The translations under genes were made by a program, and so were the position numbers. A stretch of DNA of 62,417 nucleotides from Candidatus Thorarchaeota archaeon (GTDB lineage: Archaea; Asgardarchaeota; Thorarchaeia; Thorarchaeales; Thorarchaeaceae), in contig JAEORO010000132.1 in the NCBI GenBank assembly GCA_016840855.1, positions 1-62,417 on the forward strand, in the 5' to 3' direction. Below are positions 48,924-59,822 of the stretch, in pieces (the stretch's first letter is position 1; each line of letters begins with the position of its first letter). Under the pieces are notes generated by a model that was not told where the DNA came from, searched no databases, and saw only the letters and a program-made list of their open reading frames with translations.

Positions 48924-50330
48924 TCAATCTCCGATAGGTCTTTCTCCGCTTCCCATTTCTTGGAACTTTCCATGACCTGGTTTAGCAATCACAGCCCCTT
49001 CATTGTAGACCTGTGTGCCTCTGATAAAGGTCATGACAGGCACTCCTCTCATGGTCATCCCCTCATAAAGTGTCCATCCGCACTTTGATTCCATCATGTC
49101 AGCAGTAATCTTCTCTTCCTTAATCTGGTCAAGTATCACAAAGTCTGCGTCTGCTCCAATTCGAAGTACTCCTTTCTTGGGATAGAGTCCGAAAATTCTT
49201 GCAGGATTTCGAGAACATACCCGCAAGAGCCGCGCAAAGGTCATTCGCGATTTATTGATGCCCTCTGACAAAAGCACTCTCAGAATCATCTGGATGCCAT
49301 CGACGCCTGACCATGCTTCCCTGATGTCTTCAGAACCTGCATCTTTTTTCTCAACCGGGCTTGGAGCGTGGTCACTCACAACCATATCAATACCACCACG
49401 GAGCAACGCGGACCAGAGTGCAGCCCTGTCTTCTTTGGTTCTGAGTGGTGGGTTCATCTTGCTTTTTGGACCGAGGCGGTTCATATCATCTCTGTAAAAC
49501 ACAAGGTGGTGGGGACAAACCTCAGTCGTCACCATTACTCCTCGGATTTTACCTTTCTCTACCTCCTGCACACCTTCCCTGGTTGTGACATGCGCGATAT
49601 GGAGATGTCCCCCTGTCTGCTCTGCAATATTGATATTCTGCTGTATCGCGAGCTGCTCAGCAATGTTTGGTCTTGCGAGGGAATGACTGATAGGAGCATC
49701 CCAGTCATCTTCCATTTCAGTACGGAACTCATCTAATATGCCCTGATCTTCCGCATGAACTGTGAGATGACCTCCTGATTCAGATACAGCACTCAAACAC
49801 TTTACAATGACCCCCGTAGTCGTCTGATATGGCTCACATGTGAATGCCTTGAAGGCAGCAATCCCTTTTTCAACAAGCAGTGGGATGGCTACATGGTTTT
49901 CTGAGTTCATCATCCCCGCATAAAATGTGAAATCAGCTACACTCATCTCCTCTCCCTGAACAATCTTCTCTTCTACTACATTCACTGTATCAACTTGATT
50001 TGTGAGTGGCATGTCAACAAATGTAGTGACACCTCCAGCGACCGCAGCCTTTGAACCAGTTGTGAATGTTTCATGGTCTAGCATCTTAGGGTCATGGATG
50101 TGTGCGTGAGCATCAATAAGTCCTGGCATCAGGATTTTACCTGCAGCATCAATGATAGTGCCTGCTTCTGGAAGGTGTTCATCGCTAGCAATAACCACGA
50201 TTATTCCATCTGTTACGCCTATCCCTCCCCGAGCAATTCCGGACTCAAGGAGAAGTTTTGCGTTTTTCACAACAAGATCTACAGACCCCCTCGTCTGTTT
50301 TCTGAAGGTTGACGTGAGGGTGCTGCTCAT
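48924..50330 (-). CDS. Cyclic amidohydrolase (allantoinase/dihydroorotase/dihydropyrimidinase family)
   Basis: DAHAH, GGVTTFVDMP, HAED, EVCPHHL, NPPLR, SDHAP, WSGVDGIQ. Confidence 0.92.
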   Translation of the reverse strand: MSSTLTSTFRKQTRGSVDLVVKNAKLLLESGIARGGIGVTDGIIVVIASDEHLPEAGTIIDAAGKILMPGLIDAHAHIHDPKMLDHETFTTGSKAAVAGGVTTFVDMPLTNQVDTVNVVEEKIVQGEEMSVADFTFYAGMMNSENHVAIPLLVEKGIAAFKAFTCEPYQTTTGVIVKCLSAVSESGGHLTVHAEDQGILDEFRTEMEDDWDAPISHSLARPNIAEQLAIQQNINIAEQTGGHLHIAHVTTREGVQEVEKGKIRGVMVTTEVCPHHLVFYRDDMNRLGPKSKMNPPLRTKEDRAALWSALLRGGIDMVVSDHAPSPVEKKDAGSEDIREAWSGVDGIQMILRVLLSEGINKSRMTFARLLRVCSRNPARIFGLYPKKGVLRIGADADFVILDQIKEEKITADMMESKCGWTLYEGMTMRGVPVMTFIRGTQVYNEGAVIAKPGHGKFQEMGSGERPIGD

Positions 50331-50612
50331 TTATCCCCCTCCAACTGGTGGGAACAATGCTACAGCATCATTGTCTTTCAATACAGTATCATATCCATCA
50401 AGTAGTTCAATGCGTTTCCCATTGATCATACATGAGAAAAACTGCTTTAGCTCTCCAGTCTCGTCATCAAGAACTACATCTTTGAACTTGTTTCCATAAG
50501 TTTTCGCTAGCAACTGAAGAAGTTCTTTGATGTCCCTTGCTTCTATCTCTACACTCTTGACGCCTGTGATCTCTCGAACCGTGGCAAAGAACTTCACCAA
50601 GACCTGAGCCAA
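50331..50612 (-). CDS. moaD: MoaD/SAMP ubiquitin-like sulfur carrier
   Basis: VKFFATVRE...FPPVGGG C-terminal di-glycine; TTG 50612 after AGGTGA. Confidence 0.9.
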   Translation of the reverse strand: MAQVLVKFFATVREITGVKSVEIEARDIKELLQLLAKTYGNKFKDVVLDDETGELKQFFSCMINGKRIELLDGYDTVLKDNDAVALFPPVGGG

Positions 50613-50724
50613 ATGTTTCACCTGTATTCGAAGAAGTAACCAGAGATTAAAACCGTTGCCTTCTGTTCTCTTCTGAACGTAGAAGTTATAGGAACCATTC
50701 ACAGATTGTGCCATCGAATCAAAA

Positions 50725-51621
50725 ATGGAGATTGTTGTAGTCGGACACCTAAGCAGGGACCTGATAATCACACCTGACACTAAAATGGAAATGCTTGGTG
50801 GAGCTCCAGCCTATGCAATGATAGCCCCTGCGATTGGTGCTTTTGGCGCTGGTATCATCTCCAAGGTTGGTTCAGACTTTGATGCCTCGTACAAAATCGA
50901 CTTGATGGCATCTGGACTCAATCTGACAGGACTTCACTTTGAAGGAGCCCATACTACTCGATTTGTCAATGTGTATGATGCAGACGGAGAACGAACGCAA
51001 CGGGTAGAAGCTCTTGCTCCACAGATTAAACCTTCAGACTTCACAGATGTTCATGTTGAAGCAAGTATAATTCACTTCTCGCCACTTTCGCCAAATGAGA
51101 TTGATAATGCATGCTTTGATACTGCATGTGAAGAGGACGCTCTGGTTTCACTGGATGTACAAGGTTACTTGAGATTCATATCCGCTGACGGAGATGTTAC
51201 TCTTCAGACATGGGTTGACAGCGATAGAATCCTTGGAATGGTCGATATTGTCAAGCTTCACGACACCGAATTGAAAATCATTAACGAAAGCAAATCTGAG
51301 TTGTCCACGGTATCATCAATTCTGGACCTTGGCCCAAGGGTCGTTATAATCACTAGGGACCACCGAGGCTCCACAATTTATACTCGTAATGCACGGGTTG
51401 ACATTCCACTGGTTCTTGCTGATGCACAGGTGGACTCAACAGGGTGCGGAGATACATACGCCATTGGTTTCTTACTTGAATACATGAGATCTGCGAATGT
51501 GAGTCGAGCAGGACTCTTTGCAGCTACATGTTCCTCGTTTAATGTGGAAACAATGGGTCCATATGACATGCCTGACCGTAGCATGGTAGAGAGTCGGATG
51601 CGTCGTTATCTTCAAGCATGA
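50725..51621 (+). CDS. PfkB-family carbohydrate/nucleoside kinase
   Basis: GGAPAY, DSTGCGDTY. Confidence 0.92.
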   Translation: MEIVVVGHLSRDLIITPDTKMEMLGGAPAYAMIAPAIGAFGAGIISKVGSDFDASYKIDLMASGLNLTGLHFEGAHTTRFVNVYDADGERTQRVEALAPQIKPSDFTDVHVEASIIHFSPLSPNEIDNACFDTACEEDALVSLDVQGYLRFISADGDVTLQTWVDSDRILGMVDIVKLHDTELKIINESKSELSTVSSILDLGPRVVIITRDHRGSTIYTRNARVDIPLVLADAQVDSTGCGDTYAIGFLLEYMRSANVSRAGLFAATCSSFNVETMGPYDMPDRSMVESRMRRYLQA

Positions 51622-51675
51622 ATAGAAGTCTTTTTCATCTGATATTAGCAGGACTGATATAACAGGGGAACATCA

Positions 51676-52860
51676 ATGCTTGAAGACATTCATTCTCTAA
51701 TGGAGAAGTATGAGATTGATGGACTATTTGCACTCGGAAGTCCATTCGACTCTTCAAATCTTCTATGGCTAACAGGGTTTCGATCTGTTGACGCGATATT
51801 CTATCTGCAAAACAAAGGCGAACAAGGTATCATTGGCGCAGCATTCAACACGCTGGATCGCGTCAAGACCGAGAGTTTTGTTACGAGAACATATGATCTC
51901 AGTGAACTGGTTATTCAGATTCTTAAAGAGAAAAAGAAGGTCATTGAAAACAGAGCTGTGCTCATCGGACCAATGCTTCGTGATGAATTCACTGGAACGA
52001 AACTTGGAATTCCAGATGATCTTCCTGCGAGTGTTCTAATCGTACTTCAAAAAATGGGATATGATGTCAAAGTTGTTCGTGACTTAGTTCCTGATGCGAG
52101 GGCTACCAAGTCTTCTGATGAAGTCCGGAAAATCAAGAAGGCTGGAGATGCTACAGTTGGTGCAATCTCAAAGGTCATAGAGATGATTAAGGACGCAGAT
52201 GTAGGTTCAAACAAGACATTGATCTATGAAAACATTCCACTCACTGTCGGGAAAGTGAAGCTGGCTCTCGAACACTTTCTACTTGACAGGACCGCAGAAT
52301 GTTCAGAGGACACTATTCTTGCTGTTGGCACCAAGGCGTTTGATTGGCATTATTTGGGCAACTCCAATGATAAGCTGAAAGCTGGAGTGCCAATCATCCT
52401 TGATGTATTTCCACGCCTTAAACAGGAACGCTATGTGGCTGATGTCACTCGTACCATTGTAAAGGGAACACCATCGAAGAGAGTGAAGGAAATGTATGTG
52501 GCTGTGCAGGCTGCAGCTGACGCATCGGCTGATGCACTCACTGCTGGTGTCAAAATCGATGATGTGAACCTTGCATGTTTTAACACACTGAAACAGCACG
52601 GATATGACTCCCTCAGACTGAACCCTGAGGCTAAGGATGGAATGACTCATGGCCTTGGTCATGGTATTGGACTGGAGGTACATGAACAACCGAGTATGTA
52701 CGATTTCGAAGGTCGTTTTGAGGAAGGAAACATCATGGCAATCGAGCCCGGGGTCTATTTTAGGAATGCTGGTGGTGTCAGGATAGAGAATGACTATGCT
52801 GTGACTAAAGGTAAAGCAAAACTTCTGACAAGAAATCTTGAAACGATGCTCTGGGTCTAA
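51676..52860 (+). CDS. Xaa-Pro aminopeptidase (M24)
   Basis: ADVTRT, HGLGHGIGLEVHE, IEPGVY, GGVRIEND. Confidence 0.95.
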   Translation: MLEDIHSLMEKYEIDGLFALGSPFDSSNLLWLTGFRSVDAIFYLQNKGEQGIIGAAFNTLDRVKTESFVTRTYDLSELVIQILKEKKKVIENRAVLIGPMLRDEFTGTKLGIPDDLPASVLIVLQKMGYDVKVVRDLVPDARATKSSDEVRKIKKAGDATVGAISKVIEMIKDADVGSNKTLIYENIPLTVGKVKLALEHFLLDRTAECSEDTILAVGTKAFDWHYLGNSNDKLKAGVPIILDVFPRLKQERYVADVTRTIVKGTPSKRVKEMYVAVQAAADASADALTAGVKIDDVNLACFNTLKQHGYDSLRLNPEAKDGMTHGLGHGIGLEVHEQPSMYDFEGRFEEGNIMAIEPGVYFRNAGGVRIENDYAVTKGKAKLLTRNLETMLWV

Positions 52861-53951
52861 TCTTCACTTAAGGCATGATATGGACATACAGAGATGCACA
52901 TTCCGCATGCTTGACATTTGTCCTTATCAATCTCAAAGAGGTTTTTCTCCTTGTCTACAGTGATTGCTCCATAGACGCACGACTTTGGGCAAAGGCCGCA
53001 GAGTGTGCATTTCTCGAGGTCAACGGTTGGGGGTGGTGTCAGGGTAACAGCTTTGTCCATTTGACGTAATGCCACACCTCTGATATCTACGATTGAGTCA
53101 TATCCGTGGCTCTTCAGCCAATCCGCAGTTTCACTCGCAATCTTTCCATATATTGTGTGTCCCTCAAGGATTGCCGCAGTACATACCTCTACTGCTGATG
53201 CTCCCACCATCGAGAACTCAATCACGTCTTGACCTGAGGTCACCCCTCCCACTCCGATTACAGGAATCTTCACCGCTCTAGCAATGTCTGCGATACATCT
53301 CACTGCAATAGGTTTCAAAGCTGCACCACTCATCCACCCAAATCCATCGCTACTTCCCAACATCGGTTTTCCAGTTTCAATATCTATCCGCAAACATGGA
53401 CCATACGTGTTTATTCCAACAATGCCATCCACATAAGGCTCGAGCGATTTTGCCACTGCTGCAACATCCACCTTCGGACTGATCTTAGCAAAGATTGGAA
53501 TCTCAACCACTTCTCTCAGTGCCCTGGCGATATCCACGTGTCCTCCTACGTAGTGAGTACTGAACTCGATGGCATTCGCTCCTGCTTTCTCCAGTTTTGG
53601 TCCCAGCTTTGAAACCTCCTCCGGAGTGTACCCTACACTCGCAATTAGGGGAAGTCCAGAACTGAGGGCAATAGCATACTCTCTCTCAAGCCATTGTTCA
53701 ACTGAAAGCTCACTCCAGAGCTCTGCATTCAGAATACCTCTCCGCGACCCGACCCTGCCCTCTTTGAGTGCGGCCATATTTGGTCGAGGAACATCAGCAG
53801 GTCTGACACTAACGGTCTTAGCAACAAGGCCACCCACACCACCTGCTGCAGCATTCAATAATGTCATGCCATCTCTGGAGGTTGGGCCTGCTGCTGTCAT
53901 GACTGGATTTCTGAGCTTTAGTCCTGCGAACTCAGTACTGATATCGACCAT
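52857..53951 (-). CDS. PreA-like dihydropyrimidine/dihydroorotate dehydrogenase-family flavoprotein with C-terminal 2x[4Fe-4S]
   Basis: NPVMTAAGP, KT, NAELWSE, KISP, INT, SGAALKP, GVGGV, two ferredoxin motifs. Confidence 0.88.
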   Translation of the reverse strand: MVDISTEFAGLKLRNPVMTAAGPTSRDGMTLLNAAAGGVGGLVAKTVSVRPADVPRPNMAALKEGRVGSRRGILNAELWSELSVEQWLEREYAIALSSGLPLIASVGYTPEEVSKLGPKLEKAGANAIEFSTHYVGGHVDIARALREVVEIPIFAKISPKVDVAAVAKSLEPYVDGIVGINTYGPCLRIDIETGKPMLGSSDGFGWMSGAALKPIAVRCIADIARAVKIPVIGVGGVTSGQDVIEFSMVGASAVEVCTAAILEGHTIYGKIASETADWLKSHGYDSIVDIRGVALRQMDKAVTLTPPPTVDLEKCTLCGLCPKSCVYGAITVDKEKNLFEIDKDKCQACGMCISVCPYHALSED

Positions 53952-53995
53952 ACCACACCCTATGAAGACTTCAACATAAAGAGTTCTACGTTTTT

Positions 53996-55828
53996 TCAGT
54001 CCACATCGATAATGTCTGCAGGGCTAATATCCTCGACATCTACACCTGACTTTTGTAACCTGAGAATCGACAACTCATAAGCTTTGAGCACGTCCGCCTT
54101 TGTTATGTAGCCAAGCATCCTCTTCGGAGATCTGGGGTCAACAATTACAGCGTGCCCCTCATCACGTCGTATCATGGCTTGAAGAGCACTATCCATGGTG
54201 CAGTCTGGTGACAGGTGCAGAAAATCGGGATTCATGAGTTCTCCGACAGTATACTCTTGTCCATCCTCCTTTGGTTCATGAAATAGATCTTCTGCAATCA
54301 GGATTCCAAGCACGTTGTTATTATTGTCCACTACTGGAAACTTTGTGTGGTGTGTTTTGTCTATGATTGTAAAGACCTCTGATGTTGTCATATCCGCAGT
54401 CAGCTTTTCGGGCTTTGTTGTCATTATCTCTTCTACTCTGATTGTCTTGAGAACCTCAACATGCGAACCCCGTTGAAGTCGTACACCTCTTCTCACGAGT
54501 TTTGATGTGTAGATACTTTCTGGTTGAATAAGTGAAGAGACCAGATAAGAGGTTGAAACCGAAATCATTAGAGGTAGTATCAAGGAATAATCAGCTGTCA
54601 TCTCCATCAACATAACGATACATGTGATTGGAGCTCTTGCAGTTCCTGCAAAGAGGGCTGCCATACCAACTAGCGCGAAAGCCATCGGTTGTAGTACGCC
54701 CCAAGGATTCAGTGTAAAACAAAACAGACCAAATGCGCCTCCAAATCCTGCACCTATGAAGAGCGTAGGTGCAAACACACCACCAGACCCTCCTGAACCT
54801 AAAGTCAAGCTTGTAGCTAGCATCTTCAATATACCGAATAGCAGTAGAGCTCCCAATGTTACATGACCTATCAATGTGGCATCAATGAATGGATATCCTA
54901 CACCCATTATAGCTGGATAATATGGCTGATCGCTTGGAAACAATCCAGAGTATCCGAAAAATCCTTCGGCCTGATAAGTGATAAGCGCAAGAAGTCCGGT
55001 GAGTACTCCTCCAATTGCTGGTAGGATATATTTTGAAACGCGTAGTTTTTCCAAGAGGTCTTCGATGCCATAGAAACCCCTCATCCAGATGACGCTAACA
55101 AAACCAAGAATGACTCCAAGAACCAAGTATAGGACAAGCTCAATTGGATGGCCCATTTCAAAAAAAGGTGCCTGAAAGGAAACAGAAGTACCAAGTATCA
55201 AGTCAGCAGTTGCTGTAGCGACAACTGATGCTAGGATCACAGGAAGAATAGAAAATCCAATTATTCCTCCAGCTAATACCTCTATCCCAAAAAGGGCTCC
55301 TCCCAACGGTGCATTAAACGTTGCAGCTATTCCTGAAGAGAGTCCTGCTACAAGTAGTGTCCTTCTCTCTCTTTTATCAAGATTAAGGATACTGGCAACC
55401 ACTGAACCAGCTCCAGCACCAATTTGAGCAATCGGCCCCTCGCGGCCACAGGATCCTCCGGATCCTATACAAATTGCGGATACTATGCTTTTAATCAGTG
55501 GTACACGAAACCGGATTCTTCCACCATGCAATGCATACGCTTCTATCACTTCAGGAACCCCATGACCTTTGGCTTCTGTTGCATATCTTGTGACTAAGAA
55601 GCCAACAATCAAACCTCCGATTCCTGGTACAGCAACCCATCCCCAAACACCCAATACTTGTGGGATTGTTACGAAAACCAGACTTAATCCTAAAATTAGA
55701 AGTCTAAACAATACTGCTGTGATGCCTGAAATGACTCCAATTAGAGCTCCCAACGAGTAAAGAACGACTTGTTGCCTCATTGCTTTTCGTTCAATCATTA
55801 CACCAATTCGCCTTCTTGGACTAGGCAT
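53996..55828 (-). CDS. CLC chloride channel/antiporter with CBS pair (copy 1)
   Basis: GHGVPE, GREGP, FNAPL, GGVFAP, SIYT; start may be 55798. Confidence 0.95.
   Translation of the reverse strand: MPSPRRRIGVMIERKAMRQQVVLYSLGALIGVISGITAVLFRLLILGLSLVFVTIPQVLGVWGWVAVPGIGGLIVGFLVTRYATEAKGHGVPEVIEAYALHGGRIRFRVPLIKSIVSAICIGSGGSCGREGPIAQIGAGAGSVVASILNLDKRERRTLLVAGLSSGIAATFNAPLGGALFGIEVLAGGIIGFSILPVILASVVATATADLILGTSVSFQAPFFEMGHPIELVLYLVLGVILGFVSVIWMRGFYGIEDLLEKLRVSKYILPAIGGVLTGLLALITYQAEGFFGYSGLFPSDQPYYPAIMGVGYPFIDATLIGHVTLGALLLFGILKMLATSLTLGSGGSGGVFAPTLFIGAGFGGAFGLFCFTLNPWGVLQPMAFALVGMAALFAGTARAPITCIVMLMEMTADYSLILPLMISVSTSYLVSSLIQPESIYTSKLVRRGVRLQRGSHVEVLKTIRVEEIMTTKPEKLTADMTTSEVFTIIDKTHHTKFPVVDNNNNVLGILIAEDLFHEPKEDGQEYTVGELMNPDFLHLSPDCTMDSALQAMIRRDEGHAVIVDPRSPKRMLGYITKADVLKAYELSILRLQKSGVDVEDISPADIIDVD
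55210..55261. repeat. 52-nt exact repeat shared with the second CLC gene
   Basis: Identical to 57199-57250. Confidence 0.9.
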
Positions 55829-55969
55829 CTACACTATTTGTTTGGGTCATGGGATATTACTTAAAGCTAATCATTACATACTAAACGCGACTGTCTTGAA
55901 TAGACATTCTATTAACTTTGAAGCCATTTATTGCCAAACTATTTTTCGACTTCCCTAATTTTATTTCAG

Positions 55970-57787
55970 TTAAGTTATGTCTCGCATGGTTGCAGCTTCA
56001 ATGTCTATGGGACTAATGTCTTCTACTTCCACACCTGATTTTTGTAACTTGATGATGGCAACCTCATAAGCCTTGAGAACATCCGTCTTGGTGATATACC
56101 CTAACATTCGTCTTGGGTCTATGGGATCAACAATTACTGCATGTCCTTCATCCCGCTTAATCATAGCCTGTAATGCCCCATCAATAGTTGTTTCTGGTGA
56201 AAGATGCAAGAAATCTGGATTCATGAGTTCCCCGACTGTATAATCCTGCCCATCCTCCTTTGGATCACGGAATAGATTCTCAGCTATTAGGATTCCAAGT
56301 ACGTTGTTCTCACTATCAGTCACAGGAAACTTTGTGTGATGAGTCCTATCAATTACATCAAATACATCTGACAGTGTCATCTCTCTTGTTAATGTAGTTG
56401 GCTTAGTCGTCATTATCTCGTTCACTTTGATTGTCCGAAGGACTTCAATATGAGGCTCACTTCTGAGGCGCACCCCTTTTCTGACTAACTTCATCGTGTA
56501 AATGCTTTCAGACTCGATAAGTGAAGAAACCAAAAAGGATGTAGGTACTGCAATCATTAGTGGTAGTATCAACGAATAGTCTGCTGTCATTTCCATTATC
56601 ATGACAATGCATGTGATTGGTGCTCGACCAGTCCCAGCGAATAGTGCCGCCATACCAACCAATGCAAAAGCTGTTGGTTGAGATACACTACCTGGCAAAA
56701 TCTCTGAACACATCAAACCAAAGGCGCCTCCAAATCCTGCGCCCATGAAGAGAGTTGGTGCAAACACACCGCCGGATCCCCCAGATCCTAAGGTAAAAGA
56801 GGTAGCAAAAATCTTCAGTAAACTGAATAGGAAAAGGGCTCCAATCGCTACGTGACCGACCAGCGCAGCATCAACAAAAGCATACTCCACTCCCATTATT
56901 GCAGGATAATATGGTTGATCTTCGTAAAATGCTCCAGAGTAGGCGAACACCGATTCAAAATAGATTGTACCAATCCCCAATAGCCCTGTAAGCACACCTC
57001 CAATAGCCGGGAGAAGATATCTTGAGGCACGAATTTTTTCGAAAAGATCCTCGATAGAATAGAATCCTCGCATCCAGATGACACTTGTAACTCCAAGTGC
57101 AGCTCCAAGCCCAAGGTAGAAAATGAGTTCAATTGGATGACCTATACCGAATGTGGGCGCTTGGAATGATGCAGCAGGTCCAAGCATGTACAAAGAAATT
57201 GCTGTAGCGACAACTGATGCTAGGATCACAGGAAGAATAGAAAATCCAATAATGCCCCCTGCTAGCACCTCTATTCCAAAAAGCGTACCTCCCAGTGGTG
57301 CATTGAATGTAGCAGCTATTCCTGACGAAAGACCACAAACGAGAAGCGTCTTTTTTGCTCTCTTGTCAAGGTTTAGGACAGTTGCCACAGCTGACCCAAC
57401 ACCCGCGCCAATCTGAGCAATTGGTCCCTCACGACCACACGAACCACCTGTACTTATACTAATAGCAGAGCCTATACTTTTTAGAAGAGGAACTCGAAAA
57501 CGAATGTTTCCTCCGCGTAAGGAGTATGCTTCCATAGCTTCAGGAACTCCATGTCCTCTTGCTTCTGGTGCATATCTCACGACAATTATTGCAACAACCA
57601 AACCACCCAAGCACGGAAGGACGACCCATCCAACTAAACCCAAGACCTGCGGGATGATGACAAAAATTCTGCTCATACCAAGAATGAGCAGTTTGAACAT
57701 GACTGAGGTTATACCTGAAATAACACCAATAAGAGCTCCTAATATGTAGAGAGCAACTTGCGGTCTCATCTCACTCCTTTCAATCAT
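55970..57787 (-). CDS. CLC chloride channel/antiporter with CBS pair (copy 2)
   Basis: Same motifs as copy 1; collinear paralogue. Confidence 0.95.
   Translation of the reverse strand: MIERSEMRPQVALYILGALIGVISGITSVMFKLLILGMSRIFVIIPQVLGLVGWVVLPCLGGLVVAIIVVRYAPEARGHGVPEAMEAYSLRGGNIRFRVPLLKSIGSAISISTGGSCGREGPIAQIGAGVGSAVATVLNLDKRAKKTLLVCGLSSGIAATFNAPLGGTLFGIEVLAGGIIGFSILPVILASVVATAISLYMLGPAASFQAPTFGIGHPIELIFYLGLGAALGVTSVIWMRGFYSIEDLFEKIRASRYLLPAIGGVLTGLLGIGTIYFESVFAYSGAFYEDQPYYPAIMGVEYAFVDAALVGHVAIGALFLFSLLKIFATSFTLGSGGSGGVFAPTLFMGAGFGGAFGLMCSEILPGSVSQPTAFALVGMAALFAGTGRAPITCIVMIMEMTADYSLILPLMIAVPTSFLVSSLIESESIYTMKLVRKGVRLRSEPHIEVLRTIKVNEIMTTKPTTLTREMTLSDVFDVIDRTHHTKFPVTDSENNVLGILIAENLFRDPKEDGQDYTVGELMNPDFLHLSPETTIDGALQAMIKRDEGHAVIVDPIDPRRMLGYITKTDVLKAYEVAIIKLQKSGVEVEDISPIDIEAATMRDIT
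57199..57250. repeat. 52-nt exact repeat shared with the first CLC gene
   Basis: Identical to 55210-55261. Confidence 0.9.
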
Positions 57788-57893
57788 GTCTTCTACCTGC
57801 CATCGATTATGTAAAACAACTTGCCCATTTACCTATCATTGGATTTTAGCATTTCACTTTGATGATAATCTTGTTGAAATGTCCAATATGCCT

Positions 57894-59822
57894 TTACCTT
57901 ATCATTCCACGAGGTTTGAGATCTTCAACCACGAAATCAAGACCAAGTTCTTTGAGTTTTGATTCTTTGGGGTACCCAGTTTCAGGATCACAACCTCGAT
58001 ACTTGTAGTAATCATCGAGCATATAATCAAGGTCCGGGAGTCCGCCCTTTGAAGGTCCCGTAGGCATAGGGTCTTTCAGCAGTCTGGGTGGTAAGGTCTC
58101 CTCTTTGCGTGTCACACCAAGCCTATGATTGTATGCTCTTCTCAGATGACTGATTCTCTCTCCTGTTGTTCTGACAAACTTAGGATCTGCCCAATCAGTC
58201 ATACCTGTAAGGGGAGGAATCACGTTGACGAAAGTGTCAAAGTAATACACTGGTGGCCACATGGTTCCGTATTTGCAGATGACCGCTGAGTCCACAATCG
58301 CATAGAGGTCTTCCATGTCCCAAACTACCTGTCCCTTGTGCACTGGTGACATGATATCAAGAATTTCATCCGCTTTGTCTTTACCAAACCGCTCTATGAC
58401 AATATCAGGATAGCCAAGTTCTTCAAGGCTAGAAAGACTTCTCAGATGGTCTGCACCTCTCACATTAGTTGCATAGGTGAGCCCAATACTCTGGTGGGCT
58501 CGTGGGTCCTGCCCAGAAGCCTCGAGACCCTTGACATGCACTGCATATCTCCAAGCATCTCCTCCAATCTTTTCTGCAGCCTTCCTAACACCATTTGCTA
58601 AGATGTCACCAAACCCTTCACGCTTGGCAATCTTTTCTACTAGGACCGTTTGTGTTTCGGCATTTCCCCAGCTGAGGTCTAACCCATCAGCATCCTTACT
58701 TGTGATAATTCCTTGTTCAAAAAGGTCCATCGCAAAACCAATTGTCTTTCCACAACTGATAGTGTCCATTCCAAGCAGGTCACACCGCTTCCCCAGATGG
58801 AATATAGACTCAATGTCGTTGTTGAGGCAATTTGAGCCAAATGCCATGATTGTTTCATATTCAGGTCCTCCTATTGGACCCGTGGCATACTTACCCTCAT
58901 TGACACGAATGATGTACTTACATCCGATGGCACACCCATGACAGGCTTCCTGTGCGATTCTATACCTTTCAGCGATGATCTCCGGACCAATGTCATCAGC
59001 ATCTTCATAGAATCCTGTCCAATGGTTCTTAGTTGGTAATCTACCAATCTCATTGATGATAGCAACCAAGTCTGTCGTGCCATACTTTCTGAGTGATGAT
59101 AGGGATTCAGTCCAGAGAGGGTCTCTCAGTCTTTCCATCTCTCTTTCGTTTGTTTCAAGAAACTTGTCCATGTCATGCGCTTCTATTCCTTGAGCTCCAC
59201 TTGCTGCAATCCCCTTAACATTCTTTGAACCTAAAACCGATCCCAACCCGGTTCTGCCAGCAGCCCGATAGAAATCAACAATGATGGAACCATACAATAC
59301 TTTGTTCTCACCTGCAGGACCAATAACTCCAGTCTTCAATGTGGGGTCCTTTTGCTCCTCTCGTATCATCTCTGCGGTCACATTGGTCTCTCTCCCCCAG
59401 AGGTGTGTTGCGTCGAGAAGCTCAGCCTTACCATCTCGAAGCGAAAGATAGACCGGCTTCTTTGAGCGTCCATTGAACACCACAAAATCGAAACCCGCAT
59501 ACTTGATTTCAGGTCCGAGGAATCCTCCAACATGACTCTCCGCCCACACACCAGTGAGCGGTCCTTTTGCGGCAAACATCATCCTTCCTGATGGTGAGAA
59601 CATCACACCAGTGAGAGGACCAGTCCCAACCACGAGAACATTCTCTGGACCGAGGGGGTCTGTGTCTGGACCTGTTCTATCCCAGAGAATCCTTGCTGCA
59701 ACTCCAGTGCCTCCTAGGTAAAGCCTAGCCCAATCCTTCTCGAGCTCTTTCTTGTGGACTTTACCTTTAGTCAGGTCTACATCTAAATAGTGCCCTGCAT
59801 AGCCCTTGTATGGAAACGTCAT
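57894..59822 (-). CDS. aor: Aldehyde:ferredoxin oxidoreductase family catalytic subunit (second)
   Basis: IKYAGFD, GENKV, GSKNVK, GPEYET, GMDTIS, RGADH. Confidence 0.95.
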   Translation of the reverse strand: MTFPYKGYAGHYLDVDLTKGKVHKKELEKDWARLYLGGTGVAARILWDRTGPDTDPLGPENVLVVGTGPLTGVMFSPSGRMMFAAKGPLTGVWAESHVGGFLGPEIKYAGFDFVVFNGRSKKPVYLSLRDGKAELLDATHLWGRETNVTAEMIREEQKDPTLKTGVIGPAGENKVLYGSIIVDFYRAAGRTGLGSVLGSKNVKGIAASGAQGIEAHDMDKFLETNEREMERLRDPLWTESLSSLRKYGTTDLVAIINEIGRLPTKNHWTGFYEDADDIGPEIIAERYRIAQEACHGCAIGCKYIIRVNEGKYATGPIGGPEYETIMAFGSNCLNNDIESIFHLGKRCDLLGMDTISCGKTIGFAMDLFEQGIITSKDADGLDLSWGNAETQTVLVEKIAKREGFGDILANGVRKAAEKIGGDAWRYAVHVKGLEASGQDPRAHQSIGLTYATNVRGADHLRSLSSLEELGYPDIVIERFGKDKADEILDIMSPVHKGQVVWDMEDLYAIVDSAVICKYGTMWPPVYYFDTFVNVIPPLTGMTDWADPKFVRTTGERISHLRRAYNHRLGVTRKEETLPPRLLKDPMPTGPSKGGLPDLDYMLDDYYKYRGCDPETGYPKESKLKELGLDFVVEDLKPRGMIR

